A program made the position numbers and the translations under genes. Shown one piece after another: positions 1-8,465 of a stretch of DNA of 32,000 nucleotides (its first letter is position 1; the number at the start of each line of letters is the position of its first letter). Location: positions 1 to 32,000 of the forward strand of contig NZ_FNOR01000019.1 in the NCBI RefSeq assembly GCF_900107095.1, given 5' to 3'. The notes below the pieces were generated by a model. The model was given only the letters and a program-made list of their open reading frames with translations. It was not told where the DNA came from and searched no databases. The stretch comes from Collimonas sp. OK242. Its GTDB lineage: Bacteria; Pseudomonadota; Gammaproteobacteria; Burkholderiales; Burkholderiaceae_D.

Positions 1-356
1 TTCAACAACGGTGGCCAGACCAAGGATTGGTCGTTCACTCAGACCGTGGCAGCCAGTACGCAAGTGCCCAGTACCAAGCATTGTTGACCAGCCACGGTTT
101 CATCTGCAGCATGAGCCGTAAAGGGAACTGCTGGGACAATGCAGTTGCCGAACGCTTCTTCCTGAATCTCAAGATGGAACGGGTGTGGCAGCGCCAATAT
201 GCCAATCACGCGGAGGCCAAGATCGATATCGCCGCCTACATCGTCGGCTTCTACAACAACGAACGTCTGCATTCAGTTCTGGGCAATCTGCCGCCCTCCG
301 TCTACGAACGGAACATGGCAGCAAAAAAACCTATCGCCGTGTCCGAATTTACTTGA
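1..356 (+). CDS. IS3-family transposase OrfB (DDE/rve integrase core), C-terminal part; 5' end lies outside the window
   Basis: The frame is open from the window edge. The product contains HSDRGSQYAS...NCWDNAVAERFF...FYNNERLHSxLGxxPP, typical of the IS3-family OrfB C-terminus. Stop codon at 354-356. Confidence 0.85.
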   Translation, partial: QQRWPDQGLVVHSDRGSQYASAQYQALLTSHGFICSMSRKGNCWDNAVAERFFLNLKMERVWQRQYANHAEAKIDIAAYIVGFYNNERLHSVLGNLPPSVYERNMAAKKPIAVSEFT

Positions 357-667
357 CCACTACACAGTGAGGATCGGCTAGCCATGGTCAACAATCCCGA
401 CTTTCTCGGTCTGGGTCGGATGTTCCCGGCGCATATACCTGCGTAACGGCTTCAAGGTACACTGCCGGCTGAATTTTTGTTTGGCGCCTAAACGCGAGGT
501 CGAATAAACTTCACCCCTTGGGAAATTTGGCTTGCATTCAAGGGAACGTTGCCTCCATGTAATCGCAGTTTCCTGGCTAATTCAGCGTGCCCTTAAGGGA
601 GTGGTGGCAGGAAGCACCAAACCAATGCTGCCGCGCCAACCGACACACCAACCGCAAGGAGATTACA

Positions 668-2902
<2,235 letters not shown>

Positions 2903-2914
2903 CGGCAAGGTAAT

Positions 2915-2942
2915 GCGGATCTGCATAATTATGCAGATCCGC
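2915..2942 (+). terminator. Perfect 12-bp-stem hairpin just after the icd stop (GCGGATCTGCAT-AATT-ATGCAGATCCGC)
   Basis: Inverted repeat read directly from the sequence, 13 nt after the stop. There is no clean T-run, so the terminator assignment is tentative. Confidence 0.5.
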
Positions 2943-3096
2943 ACCAGCTTTCCGGCGCAATTTCGCACTTCGCGTCGCAACGCTACGTGTTTTGGAATGG
3001 AAGCGGTTCGAATTATTGTGTGCGAAGTACAATTCCCGACTCCGTCTAGTGCGGAGTCGGGAGCGACTTTCTGTTTGCCGACGATGTCAGTGAAAT

Positions 3097-3303
3097 CTAG
3101 TCACTGGTAATCATCAGGCATCCGGGCATGACCCTGACACGTACGTTGGCATTGGGGTTGAAGCCTGTTTGCCTGATCCCGTTGCCATGCAGGCGAATCC
3201 AGAGTGTTTCAGGATCGTCGTCCTGATAGAAGGAGACGTTGAGCCGTTGTGCTGGGTTTACTATCGATGTGCTGCTATCTCGCGTACTATTGCGCTTAGC
3301 CAT
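3097..3303 (-). CDS. symE: SymE-like (AbrB/SpoVT-fold) type I toxin, ~68 aa
   Basis: The C-terminal LWIRLHGNGIRQTGFNPNANVRVRVMPGCLMIT resembles E. coli SymE [31 protein letters not shown]. The ATG at 3303 has GGAG 6 nt upstream; the ORF-track start at 3309 is a TTG. Confidence 0.6.
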   Translation of the reverse strand: MAKRNSTRDSSTSIVNPAQRLNVSFYQDDDPETLWIRLHGNGIRQTGFNPNANVRVRVMPGCLMITSD

Positions 3304-3698
3304 ATTCAACTCCGGTTTAGTTGCTTGTGGTTAGCGGGTCATGGGTGTTTCCGCACCTCTGACCCGCGTCTATTTACTGCTCTGCATAGCGCTCTTTACT
3401 CTGAACGCCTTCTTAAAAATAGCACGTGCGCATGTTTAAAGACATCATTATCGTGCGTCGATGGATTTTTAAGAAAATGCAGATACTTGGCGTTGTTGGC
3501 TTCGACTCAGCGGGTGCAGGCTTCTTTGGATTCTTTGCCGAAAAGAAGGTCATACCTATTAGCGGATAGGGGCAAAGGCGGTTGGTATTTCAATCACACA
3601 GAATATCTGGAGATGTTTCTGCTGTATGCTCGTTTTCGCAATCTATGAGAAACTAATCGACGGCAAATTTTACGGTCACACGATATGGAGATATAGCT

Positions 3699-3986
3699 AT
3701 GGGACGGGCAAAACAAGGGCAATTCGATCAAGAGGAAAAAACGAATCGAGCTTTAGCGTTATGCGTTGAAATTGGCGCCATCGAAATATGCGATTCGCAT
3801 GAGGATACATACATCGATACTCTAGAATATTCAGACTACGACGAATTGACAACAGCAATCCTAAAAAATAATCCTGACTCGATTGATTTCTTTGATAATC
3901 GAGACGACATGCTTGACTCTATAGGAGACGCTATGGGTTCTGCTGGGGATGAGTGTGGCTCTTGCGAAAAAAACCGTAATTCATAG
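3699..3986 (+). CDS. Hypothetical very acidic 95-aa protein (23 D/E vs 8 K/R by my count; 4 Cys as Cx8C and CxxC)
   Basis: An ORF with GGAGAT 8 nt upstream of the ATG and a hairpin plus T-run downstream. No family recognised. Confidence 0.55.
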   Translation: MGRAKQGQFDQEEKTNRALALCVEIGAIEICDSHEDTYIDTLEYSDYDELTTAILKNNPDSIDFFDNRDDMLDSIGDAMGSAGDECGSCEKNRNS

Positions 3987-4066
3987 ATTGCAAATTCGAA
4001 GACCAAACATAAAATGCAAACCTGCCTGTTATAACAGGATTAAAAGTAACGCTTAACTTGGACTTG

Positions 4067-4101
4067 CCAAAGGCTTTCGTTTCCGAGGGCCTTTGGTTTT
4101 T
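4067..4101 (+). terminator. Rho-independent terminator candidate downstream of the acidic-protein gene
   Basis: CCAAAGGC (4067-4074) pairs with GCCTTTGG (4089-4096), followed by TTTTT (4097-4101). Confidence 0.55.
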
Positions 4102-4373
4102 AGACTTATCAACAGTTGCGTGATAAGCCCATGAGCTGGAAAGGGTGGAATTGTAACTCGGCGTTGGATGTCATATATCCTTGGTCGGCATAGAGGTGAC
4201 TTTACACGACGCTGCCTGCTTCGCCGCTGCGTATCTAGCATTTCATTTTGCCCCCGACCCAATAGTCTCGTACATGGCAACATCGAACACCGAGTGTTCG
4301 ACTTGATACAACTTAACGTCTTTTTTCCTGAAATGCTATTGCGTTGTCTGCGGCCATTGAAATGACTACGCGA

Positions 4374-5501
4374 TTAAACAGTGGAGAGCGCTATCTCTGC
4401 TTCGCTTTCTGTCGCTGTCGATGCCAATTGTTGTATGAGCCGGGCCAGTTGGCGGGCTGTATAGCAAACGTGATGGTTCATGTCAGCTATGACCCACGTA
4501 GCAAGTGAACCGGGCCTAATTAGGCGTCTTGCGCAATCATCGATGTAAGTATCACCAAAGCTGCGTGTCCGACCCACATATCGAAAATCTGCGCTAACGC
4601 GACTGGCTAGATCGTGATACTGATCATAGTCCTTGATGGGGTGGTGGAGGGCATGGCCTCTAAAATAGATGATTTTATCGCCAGCGGTATAGCGAATTTT
4701 GGCGTTCACGTACCGGCTTGTTGTTTGATCACTGAAATCGGGATGTATGATGCCGTAATCCCCAAATGTTGGTTTGATTGTATCGGGCATGTCCCGCCAG
4801 AGAGCTGACCAAAGACGCAGTTCTTGGCGAATCACCTCGCCGACCTTATTTTTCTCGATACTACCCACGGTTTTCAGTGCGGAAGAACCGGCAATTACTA
4901 TTGATCTATAACCGGCGATGTTCGGGTTGTGAAAGAGAAAAGAAACTATGTTCTCTGCTAGGTTCGATGTGTCGTCCCCATCTATGTGTCGCAAGTCTAA
5001 AAGTAAATCAATTTTGTTTTGTGGCAGCCGCATCTGAGCGGTGCGTTCGATAATTTGCGCCCAGACATCATCGAAGAGATATTCAGCTAGATCGTCACGA
5101 GACAAGCGAAAGCAAAATCCTTTATTGAAATCCCGAGCAATCACGCCGAGCGCATCCCACAAATCATCATTTCGTTCGAATCCATACGCCGGAGTCACGG
5201 AGCGTCCGAATGCTTTTAATAGCGCGAATCCATGAAGGGTAGCGTTTGTGCCGTCTGAGATCGTCGCGTCCGGCATCAAACCGTGGAAATCTACGAAAAT
5301 CTCACCAAGCGGCAAATGCTTTCGAATGTACTCGCAGAGTTTGAAGACGTGCTCCTCTACCAGTGGAGCCTTGGGATTGATTGGCATCGCTTCGATGAAC
5401 GGTTTCATCAGTTGACGAACATCATTGTTGACCCTGCCAACGGCCATCAAATCATTTTTTTTGCCCTTGACCAGCGGCACATAAACTGAGCGACTATTCA
5501 T
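4374..5501 (-). CDS. 375-aa protein, tentatively Beta_protein (PF14350)/sce7725-like; third gene of the higB operon
   Basis: AGGAG lies 6 nt upstream of the ATG, which is 29 nt after the upstream stop. The N-terminal YVPLVKGKKNDLMAV...KPFIEAMP matches my recollection of the 'beta family protein' N-terminal signature. The family call is from memory and unverified. Confidence 0.5.
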   Translation of the reverse strand: MNSRSVYVPLVKGKKNDLMAVGRVNNDVRQLMKPFIEAMPINPKAPLVEEHVFKLCEYIRKHLPLGEIFVDFHGLMPDATISDGTNATLHGFALLKAFGRSVTPAYGFERNDDLWDALGVIARDFNKGFCFRLSRDDLAEYLFDDVWAQIIERTAQMRLPQNKIDLLLDLRHIDGDDTSNLAENIVSFLFHNPNIAGYRSIVIAGSSALKTVGSIEKNKVGEVIRQELRLWSALWRDMPDTIKPTFGDYGIIHPDFSDQTTSRYVNAKIRYTAGDKIIYFRGHALHHPIKDYDQYHDLASRVSADFRYVGRTRSFGDTYIDDCARRLIRPGSLATWVIADMNHHVCYTARQLARLIQQLASTATESEAEIALSTV

Positions 5502-5530
5502 CGATATCTCCTGCTTACGTCAACAAGATT

Positions 5531-6748
5531 TCATTGAAAATGCTGTTGTACCAATCCCTGCTCTAAAAATTCACGAAAATGCTCGTAGTGACCGCTCTCG
5601 AACTGAATTCGTCCAGCCACAATTGCTGGGTGAATATGCAGACTGTCCGCAAGTTCTTGAATGCTTTGATTTGTAGGGGCGAGTCTAGCCGACGAACGCT
5701 CCCAAACGGCACGGCGAATAAATGAATCGCGGGCTATACGATTCGCTTCATTCTCTTTTTGTTCGCTCTTCTCAGTACTCGCAATTCGTTCAATGCGATC
5801 AATAAACGCCTCGTCGGCAGTATTCAAGTGTTTCCACACGTGCGCGACCTCGTGCATCAATGTGAACCAAAAATAGTCAGTTCGATCAATTCGCAGCGTC
5901 AGACCAATCACCGGGGTGCCTCGCTCAGACAGCATCGCTGCGCCATCTATTACAGCGTTCGGTAGCCGAGGCTCGACGATCACTGCAATACCACACTTCG
6001 ATAGGAATTCAACTGCCAGGCGAGGGCCATTACTGAACCAACTTAGTCGAGCAAGGTCTCGCAACGTATCAGCAGAAATTTTTCCAGGATCAAATTTAGG
6101 TAAATCATTCTCGACATCCTTGGCACGCATCAAGACCCGGGCTGTCCATGCTAATGTCGAATAGTACGCCTTTTCATCGAGCTTATCGCCCCGAAACCTG
6201 CGTCTAAACATGATAGGCACTTGGCGGCTCGGAACAATCTGGGTAAGGAAAGAGCGAAGCCTCTCTTCTGCATTCTTCCCGCTAATTTTTGCTGCGCTGA
6301 ACCACCCACGCCTTTCCATCTCCCGATAGGGAAACCGTTTCCAGTCGATTTCTTCGACGTTGCTCTCACTGTCACGTGATGGAACGGGTTCTCTTCCGAT
6401 GAGAGCATCTGCTGGAATTCCAAGGCCGCTCGACAGAGCGCGAATCATTTGCACCGTTAGAGGTCGTTTGCCTCCTAACACTTCAGAAACCCGGCTTCTG
6501 CTGCCCAAGAGCGGAACGAGGTCCTTCTGTCGAAGTCCCTGTTCAGCCATTCGAAATTCAATAATCTCGATTGGATCAAGTGCCTCGAATTGATATGCAC
6601 GCTTTTCGTAATCTTCAATCAGGAGAGCAAGCAATGCGAGGCGATCACCTTCGGTCGATCCAATCGGTGGGTCAAGTGCAACAAGCTCCTCCGCTTCTAG
6701 CAGCGCAGTTTGATGTTCAGTTTCGCTTTTCAGAATTCTATATTCCAT
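5531..6748 (-). CDS. higA: HigA-type XRE HTH antitoxin domain fused to an ImmA/IrrE (M78, COG2856) zinc metallopeptidase domain (405 aa)
   Basis: The N-terminal ~120 aa align with E. coli HigA/YgjM (GSRSRVSEVLGGKRPLTVQMIRALSSGLGIPADALI vs GSKSMVSRVLSGKRKLTLEHAKKLATRFGISPALFI). The C-terminal domain carries HEVAH (nt 5840-5854) and a downstream ENEANRIARDSFI (ExxANxFA) motif. The ATG at 6748 lies 1 nt after the higB TGA. Confidence 0.85.
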   Translation of the reverse strand: MEYRILKSETEHQTALLEAEELVALDPPIGSTEGDRLALLALLIEDYEKRAYQFEALDPIEIIEFRMAEQGLRQKDLVPLLGSRSRVSEVLGGKRPLTVQMIRALSSGLGIPADALIGREPVPSRDSESNVEEIDWKRFPYREMERRGWFSAAKISGKNAEERLRSFLTQIVPSRQVPIMFRRRFRGDKLDEKAYYSTLAWTARVLMRAKDVENDLPKFDPGKISADTLRDLARLSWFSNGPRLAVEFLSKCGIAVIVEPRLPNAVIDGAAMLSERGTPVIGLTLRIDRTDYFWFTLMHEVAHVWKHLNTADEAFIDRIERIASTEKSEQKENEANRIARDSFIRRAVWERSSARLAPTNQSIQELADSLHIHPAIVAGRIQFESGHYEHFREFLEQGLVQQHFQ

Positions 6749-6749
6749 A

Positions 6750-7034
6750 TCAATGCATCCGCTTCGTGTACTGGTCATGTGTGCCCACCCATTTGATGGA
6801 TATCACCCCTGCGTTGTACGCCACCTGGGTTTCCAGGCGGTACTCGTTGCCGCGCACGTTAAAGATGACAATGTTTGTCGCTAAAAAGCTGGCAGACGGA
6901 TATCTGTCCTTGATATCGTGGCTAGTCTCCCAGCGACTGGCGCGTGCATCTGCGATCCAGTTCGATATCCACTTGCGGCAGTCTGCGTGCTTGTCGCAAA
7001 AGGCGGCAAGCACCCCAAGTCCAACAATCCTCAT
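6750..7034 (-). CDS. higB: HigB-type (PF09907, YgjN-like) mRNA interferase toxin, 94 aa
   Basis: FNVRGNEYRLE...IKWVGTHDQY parallels E. coli HigB FNVGGNELRVV...IREVMTHKEY. I take the start at MRIVGLG (ATG 7034) with GGGAG upstream; the longer ORF-track start at 7133 is unlikely. Confidence 0.85.
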   Translation of the reverse strand: MRIVGLGVLAAFCDKHADCRKWISNWIADARASRWETSHDIKDRYPSASFLATNIVIFNVRGNEYRLETQVAYNAGVISIKWVGTHDQYTKRMH

Positions 7035-7045
7035 TAAAACCAGGC

Positions 7046-7083
7046 TCCCATAAATGCTTCGAATCTCGAATCCCATTATGGGA
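7046..7083. promoter_or_regulatory. 8-bp inverted repeat TCCCATAA-N22-TTATGGGA overlapping the higB Shine-Dalgarno; candidate HigA operator or SD-sequestering hairpin
   Basis: The repeat arms are at 7046-7053 and 7076-7083, with an internal TCGAATCTCGAAT tandem. The proximal arm overlaps the GGGAG SD on the minus strand. Confidence 0.4.
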
Positions 7084-7458
7084 ACATATTTATTGTTACC
7101 GATTTGGGATCGGTCGTCAATGCCAAATTGCACCTAAGTAAGTGCCTTCCTGTCGCGACATGCCTGGTAATCGAGGAATTAGTGTTTAGCTAGAAACAGA
7201 CATGTGGTGATATTCATGCAGTGTGACAAAAACAGCGCCAAATGCATTTTCCAATTATGAGCATTGCTCAAGTGCAAATATTTCTCAGCTTGAATGCGAT
7301 AGTGCCAGCCCGTCCAACAAGGCATACTTTCTTTGCAATACTAATTCATCCGCACTTGCCCCACAGATTTTGTCCAACAAGTATATGTTTAAGATTTTCT
7401 TTACATATTCTATGAAGTACTAAATACTTGTTATGCATTATCAAAAAAGGGGAACAGA

Positions 7459-8019
7459 ATGGCAGCAGGGCAAACTATTGGATACTTGCGAGTATCGACC
7501 GCTGGGCAAAATACAGCGCGTCAACTTGACGGCATTGCGCTAGATCAAGTATTTGAAGACAAATGCAGTGGAAGCACGACGGATAGGCCACAACTTACGG
7601 CAATGCTCAAACATGCTCGATCAGGTGACACAGTCGTAGTGCATGAGATAAGCCGACTAGCTCGTAACACTGCCGATTTGCTAGACCTCGTAAAGCTGCT
7701 CACTACCAAGGGTGTGACTGTCTCGTTCATCAACGAGTCAATGACCTTTGCCGCTGGCAAAGATAACCCGATGAATACCATGTTCCTAACCATCATTGGA
7801 GCCATTAGTGCATTCGAGCTATCGATGATTAATGAGAGACGTGCTGAAGGCCAAGCCAAGGCGCGAGCTGAAGGTAAACACATGGGACGTACTGCGAAGC
7901 TGACAGCCGAGCAGATCGCAGTAATTAAGCAACGCGCTGCAACTGAGAGCAAGACCGCGCTGGCTGATGAGTATGGCGTATCCAGGGCAACGCTATATTC
8001 AGTATTGAAGGTGGCTTAG
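7459..8019 (+). CDS. Small serine recombinase (resolvase/invertase family), 186 aa
   Basis: An N-terminal IGYLRVSTAGQ catalytic-serine motif, a central SRLARN, and a C-terminal HTH (EYGVSRATLYSVLK). GGGGAA lies upstream of the ATG. Confidence 0.9.
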   Translation: MAAGQTIGYLRVSTAGQNTARQLDGIALDQVFEDKCSGSTTDRPQLTAMLKHARSGDTVVVHEISRLARNTADLLDLVKLLTTKGVTVSFINESMTFAAGKDNPMNTMFLTIIGAISAFELSMINERRAEGQAKARAEGKHMGRTAKLTAEQIAVIKQRAATESKTALADEYGVSRATLYSVLKVA

Positions 8020-8183
8020 GTCCATACAGCCGTCGGAATTGCATTAGGCCCATAGGCCGTCGTGAGTCGCACAAACCGGGAGCTGTACGATGCTTTTTTT
8101 CCTGACAATTCAACCCACAATTAAGGCTTGATTCTTACTATCTGATATACGATGTTATTCTTATTTGGCCAGAGAGGTCAGTC

Positions 8184-8408
8184 ATGAAAAAATCTGCAAG
8201 GATCAGAAACACAGTTTCCTATGTCAATGAGAAAAACCAACGCATCAATGTTCCGTTGGGACCGTGCGAGATTGAAGAATATCCTTCATCGAGCAAGATC
8301 GCTGCAAGAATTTGGTGGACTGACAAGGATGTGGAGAATATGACTGATCTCAGTGATGCGGAATGGGCGCACTACAAGTCCACAAAAGCATTCGTCATTG
8401 ATGATTAA
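8184..8408 (+). CDS. Hypothetical 74-aa protein upstream of the HEPN gene
   Basis: An ORF with GAGAGG 6 nt upstream of the ATG. No family recognised. Confidence 0.45.
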   Translation: MKKSARIRNTVSYVNEKNQRINVPLGPCEIEEYPSSSKIAARIWWTDKDVENMTDLSDAEWAHYKSTKAFVIDD

Positions 8409-8465
8409 TATGGTGCAGCCATTTGGAATTGCTCATGCAAACCAATCGTCGCCATTCGATACTCA

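Noticed and set aside
587-667. 27-codon N-terminal extension of icd from the ORF-track ATG
   Set aside because: The extension ([27 protein letters not shown]) is not IDH-like. The GTG at 668 with AAGGAG 7 nt upstream gives the conserved N-terminus.
2943-3100. Search for a direct repeat of the tRNA-Pro 3' end (att-like) at the icd-proximal island boundary
   Set aside because: By eye there is no copy of TGGTCGGGGCGAGAAGATTCGAAC or a substantial part of it. There is only a GGTTCGAAT-like 9-mer at ~3005-3013 and a weak AGTCAYTG similarity, neither of which is convincing.
3304-3500. LexA box upstream of the SymE-like gene (expected from the E. coli symE paradigm)
   Set aside because: The closest sequence (TACTGCTCTGCATAGCGC) lacks the ACAG/CAG half at the required spacing.
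3169-3648. 159-aa plus-strand ORF overlapping symE
   Set aside because: It has no SD or motifs, overlaps the better-supported SymE-like gene in antisense, and runs through obvious intergenic hairpins.
4025-4038. Palindrome CCTGTTATAACAGG, considered as a LexA box
   Set aside because: Its spacing is CTGT-N4-ACAG, not N8, so it is not a LexA site. Its function is unknown.
7438-7463. Hin/Gin-type crossover site: TTATCAAAAAAG resembles the hix half-site TTATCAAAAACC, just upstream of the recombinase start
   Set aside because: The other 12-bp half (GGAACAGAATGG) matches the half-site at only ~4/12 positions. The only inverted look-alike I found (TTTCTTTGATAA, 3887-3898) lies inside a CDS, and an inversion there makes no coding sense. 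The match is probably just the A-rich SD region.
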